NCBI GenBank assembly: GCA_041651675.1
Contig: JBAZIT010000002.1
Span: 1-33,353, forward strand
Reading direction: 5' to 3'
DNA: 33,353 nucleotides
DNA from: Candidatus Omnitrophota bacterium
GTDB lineage: Bacteria; Omnitrophota; Gorgyraeia; Gygaellales; Profunditerraquicolaceae
Shown here: piece after piece, positions 1 to 7,994 of the stretch
Layout of the letters: each line of letters opens with the position of its first letter
Numbering within the stretch: position 1 is the first letter of the stretch
Translations under genes and position numbers: made by a program
Notes under the pieces: generated by a model
Database searches by the model: none
Seen by the model: only the letters and a program-made list of their open reading frames with translations
Told to the model about the DNA's origin: nothing

Positions 1-744
1 GAAACTATCTCCGGTATGCACGCCCATGGCATCAATATTTTCAATAAAACAGACGGTAATCTTCTGGTTCTTTTCATCGCGCACTACTTCCAATTCCAGC
101 TCTTCCCATCCGATGACCGCTTCTTCAATCAATACCTGGTGAATGAGGCTGGCGTTCAACCCGCGGCTGGTTAATACCCGCAGGTCTTCATTATTGTAAG
201 CGATTCCTCCGCCGGTGCCTCCCAGCGTATAGGCAGGCCGCACGACTACGGGGAAATTTAATTTCTCCGCGACTTTCTGCGCTTCTTCAACCGAAAGGCA
301 AACTTCAGAAAGCGGCACAGGGATCCCCAGCTTCTTCATCGTATCCTTAAATGCCTCGCGGTCTTCTCCCCGTTCAATCGCCTCAGCCTTAACGCCGATA
401 ATCTTTACCTTATACTGATCCAATACTCCTGCCTTATGCAAAGCCGAAGCCAGATTTAAACCGGTTTGACCGCCTAAATTCGGCAAAAGAGCATCGGGCC
501 TTTCCCGGGCAATAACCCTGGCCAGGCTTTCAACCGTAAGCGGCTCGATATAGGTGCGCTCGGCTGTCCCTGGATCAGTCATAATGGTCGCGGGATTTGA
601 GTTGACTAAAACGATTTCATAACCTTCCTCGCGCAGCGCTTTACAAGCCTGTGTCCCGGAATAATCAAACTCGCAGGCTTGTCCTATAATTATGGGCCCG
701 CTCCCGATGATCAGAATTTTTTTAATGTCTTTTCGCCTTGGCAT
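1..744 (-). CDS. carB: carbamoyl-phosphate synthase large subunit, N-terminal part (gene runs off the window at position 1)
   Basis: Reverse-strand translation from ATG at 744..742 reads [58 protein letters not shown]..., the canonical CarB N-terminus and first ATP-grasp region. It is absent from the ORF track because no stop lies inside the window. Confidence 0.93.
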   Translation of the reverse strand, partial: MPRRKDIKKILIIGSGPIIIGQACEFDYSGTQACKALREEGYEIVLVNSNPATIMTDPGTAERTYIEPLTVESLARVIARERPDALLPNLGGQTGLNLASALHKAGVLDQYKVKIIGVKAEAIERGEDREAFKDTMKKLGIPVPLSEVCLSVEEAQKVAEKLNFPVVVRPAYTLGGTGGGIAYNNEDLRVLTSRGLNASLIHQVLIEEAVIGWEELELEVVRDEKNQKITVCFIENIDAMGVHTGDSF

Positions 745-972
745 ATTTTAACCTTTCTTAAAAAAATAAGCACCCCTCTTCTTTTTTAGAGAGTTGCTTA
801 AGAGAAAAAACGACTTTGTTTTACTCCCGAACCCATTACACTACGCCCTTGTAGCAGTTTTAAATTATTTGTAGTATTGTATTAGGATTGGCTGCGCAAG
901 TCAAGATTAATTTAGCGATAATCCCCCTCTATAGGTAGTACCGAGTTTTGGACATTTCAATTGGTAAAGCCA

Positions 973-1770
973 TTACAGCCCTAATTCCCGGCGCAGGTAT
1001 CTTTCATTCACCGGGCCGAAGTCTTCGGCTTCATCCGGGTTATTCATCAGAGAGGCAATGGTTGGACGGAAATATTTCTTGTTCCCGCAGCAGCCGTTAA
1101 AATAACCTACTCTTTCGCCTTTGGCGGTTAAGTCTCCCCAGAGTCTTTGCGCTTCTTCTTTGGTAAAAGCGCAATTAGGCGGCCCAGGTAAACAAAGCGC
1201 TGCTTCGCCCTGCGGACTCTCATCGCGCAGGCCTAAAGAATGGCCTAATTCATGCAGGAAGCCCTTGCTCAAGCTATCCTTATCTTTATACCTGTTCCTC
1301 CCTATGATTATTAAAGACAGCTTATCTATGGAAGAAAGCTCGGAGCAAGAGACAGAGCCTTGCGCGTCAAGGATAATTAGCTTGTAGGTGGCTTTAAGTT
1401 TAGAGGAAAGACTGCTGATAAAATCCTTGCGCACCCTGATAGGCGGGAAATCCTGGGATGGCTTAAAAACTACGCCTGCCTCTTCTTTTGAGAGATTGAT
1501 ATAGTAAAATGAGATATTGTTTAACTCATTAAACGGCTTGACCTTCCTTAAGCTCCCGATAAGAGCTTGGACATCTTCCTGGAAAGTTTTCTTGTCAGGA
1601 TAATTTAAAGGGCAGAAGACTAGGGTAAGCCGGGTATTTGCTTTAAGGGCAAACTCGCCTGCATAAGGCTTAATATCATAGGCGCTGACTCTAGAATAAA
1701 GCAAAAGAATAAGAAAGAAAAAACCGCCTATCTCTAGGCGCCTTATGCTTTTGCGCATACCCTGATCCAT
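973..1770 (-). CDS. secreted zinc metallopeptidase (HExxH; resembles the M64 IgA-peptidase-like family)
   Basis: 265-aa ORF with a hydrophobic N-terminal signal (GGFFFLILLLYSRVSA) and the motif HELGHSLGLRDE. The 5' end overlaps the avd stop. The start could be ATG 1770 or ATG 1758. Confidence 0.6.
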   Translation of the reverse strand: MDQGMRKSIRRLEIGGFFFLILLLYSRVSAYDIKPYAGEFALKANTRLTLVFCPLNYPDKKTFQEDVQALIGSLRKVKPFNELNNISFYYINLSKEEAGVVFKPSQDFPPIRVRKDFISSLSSKLKATYKLIILDAQGSVSCSELSSIDKLSLIIIGRNRYKDKDSLSKGFLHELGHSLGLRDESPQGEAALCLPGPPNCAFTKEEAQRLWGDLTAKGERVGYFNGCCGNKKYFRPTIASLMNNPDEAEDFGPVNERYLRRELGL

Positions 1771-2084
1771 CCTCCCAGCATCCTGCCTATCTCATCTATC
1801 TTTTTACAGATGATGCCGTATTTATTTATACTTATCAAATAAAAATCATTGGCCAGCCGGATAAATATCCGCAATTTTTCCAACTCCACACTTGCTTTTT
1901 TTAGATGCGGCCCTTTTATGCTTTCTTCATTGGCAGTAATGATATACTCTAAAACCCGTAAAAGAGTATCATAAATCCTCTTGCCTAAAACCGGCTTTTC
2001 GGATTTGGGAAATCCGGCTATCTCCCTATGCAGGTATTGTATTAAATCATAGGTTTTAGCGAATATCTTTAAATCGGCTAACAT
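1743..2084 (-). CDS. avd: DGR accessory variability determinant (Avd; four-helix-bundle / 23S rRNA-IVS-like family)
   Basis: 113 aa with an FPKSEKPVLGKRIYDTLLRVLEYIITANE-type signature typical of the four-helix-bundle (TIGR02436-like) family to which Avd belongs. GGAG lies 7 nt upstream of ATG 2084. The gene is adjacent to TR and RT. Confidence 0.8.
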   Translation of the reverse strand: MLADLKIFAKTYDLIQYLHREIAGFPKSEKPVLGKRIYDTLLRVLEYIITANEESIKGPHLKKASVELEKLRIFIRLANDFYLISINKYGIICKKIDEIGRMLGGWIRVCAKA

Positions 2085-2108
2085 AATCTTGCTCCGGATA
2101 AAAATAGC

Positions 2109-2155
2109 GCCGGCAGGTAGTTTTCATCGTTAAAGATTACTATCTATCTGCCGGC
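2109..2155 (-). promoter_or_regulatory. GC-rich inverted repeat between TR and avd (possible DGR-RNA structural element or attenuator)
   Basis: Arms are gccggcaggtag (2109..2120) and ctatctgccggc (2144..2155). That gives 8 perfect GC-rich bp plus 3 more after one mismatch (A.C on the minus-strand RNA, G.U on the plus), with a 23-nt loop. On the minus strand it is followed by GCGCTATTTTTAT and then the avd RBS. Confidence 0.45.
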
Positions 2156-2276
2156 TGTTTTTTATTCGGCCCTCAATTTCAGGGCGCAGGAATAAGTTTG
2201 TAGTTCTCTTTAGCGCGCGGTCTGCATCTCCTTAAAGACACAGAATATCTGGCGCCTAGAGAAAAATAGAGAACTG

Positions 2277-2397
2277 CTTGCAGCAAAGACAACCCTCGCC
2301 GATATTGTTGCTGTTCCATCCGCTGTTGCAGCCTCCGCCCGGCGGTCGGAAGAAGTTGTTGTTGTCGTTGTTGTTGCAGTTGCCCCAGGAACCGAGA
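2277..2397 (-). repeat. DGR template repeat (TR)
   Basis: 121 nt matching VR 3522..3645. Read in the VR frame it encodes LGSWGNCNNNDNNNFFRPPGGGCNSGWNSNNIGEGCLCCK with 10 AAC codons. It begins 11 nt after the RT stop codon (2411..2409). Confidence 0.9.
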
Positions 2398-2408
2398 GGA
2401 CAACCTTG

Positions 2409-3464
2409 TTATAACCTATCCCTTACAACAGGCATCAATACGAAATCCCTGAAAATCTTCTTTCTCAATCTATATGTATCTCCCTGCCTGGCATGCGCTA
2501 TCCATCCTTTTATAAAACTGCTGATCCGGCTTAGCGCTATTTCTTTTCTTACGAACCGCTCTTTCATATTCTTGAGCCTGCGCGCAAATCTTTTCGCATT
2601 CTCTTTTCGCAGTAAACGGTGGCTGGAAAATATCCTGAATCCCAAGAAATCTATGCCGCATTTTAAGGGGGTAACTGTTTGTTTCTTGGGATGGAGGCTC
2701 AATCGCAGCTTATCTTCCAGGAATCGCGCTATCCCTGCCTTGGCCTCCCGAAGCCTCCCCTTGGATAAATCCATCAGCACAAAGTCATCCATATAACGGA
2801 CATAATATTTTATTCTTAAATCATGCTTAACAAACTGGTCAAGGGGGTTTAAATACAGATTGGCAAAAAACTGACTGGTAAGATTCCCTATCGGGATTCC
2901 TTTTGTCTGTGGACTAAATAAACTTTCACCGGCAAGTATTCTCTTTATCAGCCAGATTACCTCTTCATCTTTTATTCTTTCGTTAATCAGGCCAAGCAGG
3001 ATACAATGGTTTATATTTTCAAAATACCTCCGGATATCCGCCTTAAATACATATATTTCGTTTTCATTCCCGCGGGATAATAATTCATGCTTAAACTCCT
3101 CAAGCCTTTTAATCGCCGCTAGTGTCCCCTTGTTTAACCTGCAGGCATAAGTGTCATAAATAAGCCTCTTATCAAAAATCGGCTCAATAACCCGGCATAA
3201 GGCATGGTGCACTACTCTGTCCCGGACAACCGCCGCAACTATTTCCCTCTTTTTAGGTTCATACACAAAAAACCTGTGTGGAGGCAAAGGAGTATAAGTA
3301 TGCTCAATAAGTTCATCCTGCAATTTGAGAAACTCTATTTCATAATTATACTCAAACTTAAGGACATCATCTTTAAATCGCTTGCCTTTGCGGAATGTTT
3401 TATAGGCGGCTAAAAGATTCTCAAACGAAACAACCCTCTCAAACAAATGCTTATACGTTTTCAT
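2409..3464 (-). CDS. DGR-type reverse transcriptase
   Basis: 351 aa carrying the RT motifs, including IGNLTSQFFANLYL (the [I/L]GxxxSQ motif characteristic of DGR RTs) and the YMDD catalytic box (YVRYMDDFVLM). It has no group II intron maturase or endonuclease-like tail. Confidence 0.93.
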   Translation of the reverse strand: MKTYKHLFERVVSFENLLAAYKTFRKGKRFKDDVLKFEYNYEIEFLKLQDELIEHTYTPLPPHRFFVYEPKKREIVAAVVRDRVVHHALCRVIEPIFDKRLIYDTYACRLNKGTLAAIKRLEEFKHELLSRGNENEIYVFKADIRRYFENINHCILLGLINERIKDEEVIWLIKRILAGESLFSPQTKGIPIGNLTSQFFANLYLNPLDQFVKHDLRIKYYVRYMDDFVLMDLSKGRLREAKAGIARFLEDKLRLSLHPKKQTVTPLKCGIDFLGFRIFSSHRLLRKENAKRFARRLKNMKERFVRKEIALSRISSFIKGWIAHARQGDTYRLRKKIFRDFVLMPVVRDRL

Positions 3465-3518
3465 TCAAAAACCAAAAGATTTCAGATTCTCAGATACCAG
3501 ATACCAAAAAAACCTTAA

Positions 3519-4199
<681 letters not shown>

Positions 4200-4269
4200 T
4201 CCTTAATTTAGGCACGGTGGACCTCCGATTTAACGTTTTAATATTGCTATTAATCTATGGTTAATATTC

Positions 4270-4296
4270 ATTATACCGGATATTTAAAATTATACC
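4270..4296 (-). promoter_or_regulatory. two GGTATAAT boxes upstream of the DGR target gene (candidate -10 elements)
   Basis: The minus strand reads GGTATAAT at 4296..4289 and again at 4277..4270. I found no convincing -35 hexamer. Confidence 0.3.
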
Positions 4297-4312
4297 ATAG
4301 TAAAAATCAGAA

Positions 4313-5593
4313 TCAGCGGTAGAATTTCTTATTCCCGTTCCTTGGCCGGTTGAATTTATGCCGGTCCGTATTGTGGCGCTGCTGCGGCTTAGCCTGAAAA
4401 GAGGATCCCCGGGATTCAATAAATTGCTCATGCGGAACTTCAGGATGCTTGGATATAGGAAGAGTGGAACGGATGATCTTTTCTATATCGCGGACATCCC
4501 GGCTCTGGTCAGGCGTGGCAAAAGAAACCGCATGCCCCTGCTTTCCGGCCCGGGCAGTGCGGCCGATACGGTGCACATAATTCTCCGCGTCCTCCGGAAG
4601 GTCGAAATTCACCACCAGCTCTATCCCGGTCACGTCAATACCCCTGGCAGCAATATCCGTCGCAACAAGTACCTTATACCTTCCGGATTTAAAACCGTCT
4701 AAGGCCTCTCTTCTCTGGCTCAGGGAGCGATTAGAATGAATTTCGGAAGCGCTATAGCCCATATCTTTGATTGAGCGCGTGATCTTCCTGGCGTTAAACT
4801 TGGTGCGGGAAAATAAAAGGACCGCGCCTTTATATTGGGCCAGCAGCTTACTCAAAAGGCGCAGCTTAGCTTCTTTCTTGACGATAAATAATTCCTGGGT
4901 AACATGCTCTGCGGTTGTTCCGGAAGGAGCGATCTCTACGGAAATAGGGAGTTTCATATACCTGGAGGCTATTTCCATAATTTCTTTGGGGATAGTCGCC
5001 GAAAATAACATAGTCTGCCGTGCCGCCGGCAAAAAACGCAAGATCTTATTGATCTGCGGAGCAAACCCCATATCCAGCATGCGGTCGGCCTCATCCAGCA
5101 CAAGCATCACTACCTGTTCCGGAAGAAAATTCCATTGCCCCATATGGTCAATGAGCCTGCCGGGAGTAGCCACCACTATCCGGGGGTTCCTGCGCAGGGC
5201 CATAACCTGCGGCTGCATCGGAGCCCCACCGATAAGGCAGGCTGTTTTCATCCCGAAGGCCCGGGCCAAGTCCTGGAAAGCCTCGTCGATCTGGATAGCC
5301 AGTTCGCGGGTCGGGGCAAGCACCAGGCCGATCCCTTTTTTCTGCTCAAGCAGCTGGACCATAGGTATAGCGAATGAATGCGTCTTGCCGGTCCCGGTCT
5401 GGGCCACCCCGATAAGGTCCTTACCCTGGATAGCTAAAGGAATGGCCTTAGATTGTATCGGCGTGGGCGTCTTGAATTTTATATGCTCCAGGATCTCCAG
5501 TATCTTCGGGGCAATACCCAAACCGTAAAAACTAGCGGCGCCGTTTTTATTCTCAGCCATATCGGTTTTATTAATCGCTTTATGGGGCATCAT
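4313..5593 (-). CDS. DEAD-box ATP-dependent RNA helicase (RhlE/CsdA-like)
   Basis: Motifs present: PTPIQ, AQTGTGKT, PTRELA, DEAD, SAT, HRIGRTARAG, and a basic C-terminal tail. The track starts at GTG 5596. I prefer ATG 5593, which overlaps the TGA of the upstream small ORF. Confidence 0.93.
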   Translation of the reverse strand: MMPHKAINKTDMAENKNGAASFYGLGIAPKILEILEHIKFKTPTPIQSKAIPLAIQGKDLIGVAQTGTGKTHSFAIPMVQLLEQKKGIGLVLAPTRELAIQIDEAFQDLARAFGMKTACLIGGAPMQPQVMALRRNPRIVVATPGRLIDHMGQWNFLPEQVVMLVLDEADRMLDMGFAPQINKILRFLPAARQTMLFSATIPKEIMEIASRYMKLPISVEIAPSGTTAEHVTQELFIVKKEAKLRLLSKLLAQYKGAVLLFSRTKFNARKITRSIKDMGYSASEIHSNRSLSQRREALDGFKSGRYKVLVATDIAARGIDVTGIELVVNFDLPEDAENYVHRIGRTARAGKQGHAVSFATPDQSRDVRDIEKIIRSTLPISKHPEVPHEQFIESRGSSFQAKPQQRHNTDRHKFNRPRNGNKKFYR

Positions 5594-5739
5594 CACTTGT
5601 GAATTACCTTTCGGTGCTCCTCATCGACCTGGCCCAGATGGACATGGCAATAGGCCTCATGGTTATAGATACTCAATATATGCTTGCAGTGAGGAAATTT
5701 GCATTTTCTTCCTTTAAGCGAAGTCCGGATTTTTTTCAT
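5593..5739 (-). CDS. small Cys/His-rich ORF (48 aa), possible zinc-binding protein
   Basis: Not in the ORF track. Sequence is MKKIRTSLKGRKCKFPHCKHILSIYNHEAYCHVHLGQVDEEHRKVIHK. AAGG lies about 6 nt upstream of ATG 5739. Its TGA (5595..5593) overlaps the helicase ATG in a TGATG arrangement, and it fills the csp-helicase gap. Confidence 0.4.
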   Translation of the reverse strand: MKKIRTSLKGRKCKFPHCKHILSIYNHEAYCHVHLGQVDEEHRKVIHK

Positions 5740-5749
5740 AATACCTTGC

Positions 5750-5956
5750 TTATTCTTTAGCGATAGAGATGCTCACCGCGCGCGGGCCTTTGGGAGAATC
5801 TTCGATCTCAAATTCCACCTTATCTTCTTCCTTCAAAGAATCGAACTGCGCGTTGACCAGGCCGCTCTGATGAAAAAATACTTCTCTTCCGTCATTATCG
5901 CTGATAAAACCGAATCCTCTTTCGCGCACGACTTTCTTGATTTTTCCGGTATGCAT
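5750..5956 (-). CDS. cold-shock domain protein (CspA family)
   Basis: 68 aa with the RNP1-like GFGFI and VFFH motifs. AAGGAGG RBS lies upstream of ATG 5956. Confidence 0.88.
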   Translation of the reverse strand: MHTGKIKKVVRERGFGFISDNDGREVFFHQSGLVNAQFDSLKEEDKVEFEIEDSPKGPRAVSISIAKE

Positions 5957-5991
5957 TGCTGCCTCCTTTGGTTTTGCTACTCTCTATGAAT

Positions 5992-6044
5992 AAAAAGCCG
6001 TAAAGGTTAGAGCCTCCCTTACGGCTTAAGATTTTCTAATCTTT
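5992..6044 (-). promoter_or_regulatory. csp leader element: AAGATT..AATCTT palindrome, then a 10-bp hairpin and U-tract (terminator/attenuator-like)
   Basis: Minus strand reads AAAGATTAGAAAATCTTAAGCCGTAAGGGAGGCTCTAACCTTTACGGCTTTTTATTC. The stem is 5997..6025, the U-run is 5996..5992, and it lies 36 nt upstream of the csp ATG. A near-identical element sits at 21436..21492. Confidence 0.6.
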
Positions 6045-6063
6045 GATGTTCGGTATTTAATAT

Positions 6064-6091
6064 ATTATACCTCTTTATGAAAAAAAGTCAA
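6064..6091 (-). promoter_or_regulatory. sigma70-like promoter of csp (TTGACT - 16 nt - TATAAT)
   Basis: On the minus strand, TTGACT is at 6091..6086 and TATAAT at 6069..6064, separated by a 16-nt spacer. Confidence 0.55.
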
Positions 6092-6115
6092 AACAAACTT
6101 ACGCTAAATATAATC

Positions 6116-7069
6116 TTATTTCAGCTGCTCTTTCAGGCGGTACATGACCCCCGAAGCTATCTCTGCCTGAGGAAACCCGAACTTACGCGCGGAAATGGTT
6201 ACCTGCGTTGATCTTTCCGTTAATTTCTTTAGCCGTAAAGTTACCGAGGCTCCGTCAACCTCTGCGTTGATAACTCCGCTGTCCCTGTTTTCACCTTTAA
6301 CCTTACCGGCTATTTTAATAGCCCGTAAACCAGCTTCATAAGCCCTTTCCACTGTAATTCCGAAAGTTTCCTGAGCGTGATCTTTGGCAGCAAAGGTAAA
6401 CGCAGCCATAACCGGCAAAGCTGCCACACCGGCAAGCATAGAGACTCCATACACCTGAAGCCCCTGGATCCCCGCTGCTTTTAAAGGCTCCGAAATGATC
6501 AAGGCAGCCAGTTGCTGAGCGCTGGTAATATTCTTATAGGTCTTGCTTAAATTAATATCGTATACCTTTACCACCGGCTGGCCGGCAACGCTGTAATCCT
6601 TACTGATCACCCTGCCCATTTCCAGATTTACAATGTCTATCTGCATGGCCATCTGCTTAGCGGGTTTCTTCTTCTTTTTTTCTTCGGATTTTTCCGAGGC
6701 AAATTTCAGCGAATCAACATTTAACTTACCTTCCTTATTTTTCACCATTATTATTTCTTTAATGTGCAATACTAACTCCCGGAGATGGATTTTACCGGTG
6801 ATCAGCGCTCCCAGATTACAGGAAACGCTCATTCTGGGAATATCCACCAGAATCCCCCTGGGGAATCCTTTGGGATTATACATCCTGAAGTTAGTTATCT
6901 TTACTGACTGCTTTATTATACTCAAAGAGAGTCCGCCTACGCGGGTAGGAGCTCCGGTAATATTAGTAGCCACGGTCCCGATCAACGATTTAATGAAGAA
7001 ATCCCTGACCAGGCAAAACCCAAAGAGGAGAACGACTGCCAGAATGATAATTTTGATTTTTTTCTGCAT
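6116..7069 (-). CDS. hypothetical membrane-anchored protein
   Basis: 317 aa with an N-terminal TM helix (IIILAVVLLFGFCLV), a Lys-rich linker (EKSEEKKKKKPAKQ) and a second hydrophobic segment. I do not confidently recognise a family. Confidence 0.6.
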   Translation of the reverse strand: MQKKIKIIILAVVLLFGFCLVRDFFIKSLIGTVATNITGAPTRVGGLSLSIIKQSVKITNFRMYNPKGFPRGILVDIPRMSVSCNLGALITGKIHLRELVLHIKEIIMVKNKEGKLNVDSLKFASEKSEEKKKKKPAKQMAMQIDIVNLEMGRVISKDYSVAGQPVVKVYDINLSKTYKNITSAQQLAALIISEPLKAAGIQGLQVYGVSMLAGVAALPVMAAFTFAAKDHAQETFGITVERAYEAGLRAIKIAGKVKGENRDSGVINAEVDGASVTLRLKKLTERSTQVTISARKFGFPQAEIASGVMYRLKEQLK

Positions 7070-7079
7070 TTAGCCCTCC

Positions 7080-7406
7080 TTATATACCGCATCTTTCTTT
7101 TATATGCTTAATCTTATCATCTATGGCCTGATTATATTCTCCGCTGGCTACCTGTTCCCGGTCAAGATAATCTCCGTGCAATACTGCCCGGGCTGCGGCA
7201 GCCGGGACAAACATTTTTACTCCTGCCTTAGCCTGCTCCATAACTTCTGCCTTTTCCTTTCCCAGGGTCTCTATATCTTCTTTAGCCCGGCTGCAGTCAA
7301 TAGGCCTGGCCAGGTCATCTTTAGCCTGATCCGAAATAGGCGGGGTATAACCGCGGCATCCCGCAATAAAAACAAAAATAAAAGCCATCGCCAGCCATCT
7401 TCCCAT
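7080..7406 (-). CDS. small lipoprotein, function unknown
   Basis: Lipobox FIAGC. AAGGAGG lies 6 nt upstream of ATG 7406; the track's start at 7412 is a GTG two codons upstream. Confidence 0.6.
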   Translation of the reverse strand: MGRWLAMAFIFVFIAGCRGYTPPISDQAKDDLARPIDCSRAKEDIETLGKEKAEVMEQAKAGVKMFVPAAAARAVLHGDYLDREQVASGEYNQAIDDKIKHIKERCGI

Positions 7407-7420
7407 CTTCACCCTCCTTA

Positions 7421-7466
7421 TAAAGCAAAAGGGATAGCTGCCTGCCTTAACAGGCGCTATCCCTTT
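7421..7466 (-). terminator. hairpin with T-rich tail after the 7503..7895 gene
   Basis: Arms 7428..7444 and 7451..7466 form 16 bp with a 1-nt bulge and a 6-nt loop. On the minus strand the hairpin runs into TTTTGCTTTAT. Confidence 0.5.
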
Positions 7467-7502
7467 ATGTTTTAGCTTATGCGCGAACCGGTATCTCCGG
7501 CA

Positions 7503-7895
7503 TTATTTTTTAATACTCTGTAAAAATTCTTTTCCCCAGCCCATAAGTTTATCATTTTCAAAAACTAAAGGCATCAGGCCATCTTCGTTTACTGTGCAGT
7601 CATCCTTGATATCGATCGCATAATAGACCACTTCAAATCTCCTATCGGCGCTCTGGACAGTCTCCGTGCGGTAAGGATTGGGTATAATAACCTCTTTAGT
7701 CTGCTTGCCGGGCGCTACAGCACAATCCAGGGTTACCGGGCAGCTACCCATGGTTGACAAGGCATTGGAGCGGGTCTGGCCAACATATAATTTCACCAGG
7801 TTTTCCCTATTCTTGGAAGTTACCTCTGAGACCGTCAAAGAAGCGCAACCAGCCAGAAAGATTGCCGAACAAAAAAACAGAACAAACTTTTTCAT
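7503..7895 (-). CDS. lipoprotein, function unknown
   Basis: 130 aa with a signal peptide and lipobox (MKKFVLFFCSAIFLAGC). Confidence 0.6.
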   Translation of the reverse strand: MKKFVLFFCSAIFLAGCASLTVSEVTSKNRENLVKLYVGQTRSNALSTMGSCPVTLDCAVAPGKQTKEVIIPNPYRTETVQSADRRFEVVYYAIDIKDDCTVNEDGLMPLVFENDKLMGWGKEFLQSIKK

Positions 7896-7994
7896 AACTT
7901 AACTTCTCCTTTCTCAAAAAACTTACGTTTTAACTATATGCCTTTTATTATTATATTCAAATTTAGCAAAAAATTCAACGAAAATATCGCTGGA

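Noticed and set aside
745-972. Possible small RNA, tRNA or attenuator in the 228-nt gap upstream of carB
   Set aside because: I found only an imperfect AAGCA..TGCTT hairpin with a T-run near 760..800, and no cloverleaf-compatible arms. The evidence is too weak to call.
2109-2166. Reading the hairpin plus tgttttttt as a plus-strand rho-independent terminator
   Set aside because: No plus-strand gene lies upstream for it to terminate. It is more plausibly a minus-strand RNA structure of the DGR, or a bidirectional-looking palindrome.
2179-2403. 74-aa minus-strand ORF rich in Gln (MSSRFLGQLQQQRQQQ...)
   Set aside because: It is the DGR template repeat read out of frame, where AAC/CAA runs give poly-Q. 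It has no RBS, and the region is better explained as non-coding TR.
2278-2796. 172-aa plus-strand ORF across the TR and the RT 3' end
   Set aside because: This is an antisense shadow of the RT gene and TR. The composition is low-complexity, there is no RBS, and every real gene here is on the minus strand.
4767-5528. 253-aa plus-strand ORF
   Set aside because: It lies entirely antisense to the well-supported DEAD-box helicase and has no recognisable motifs.
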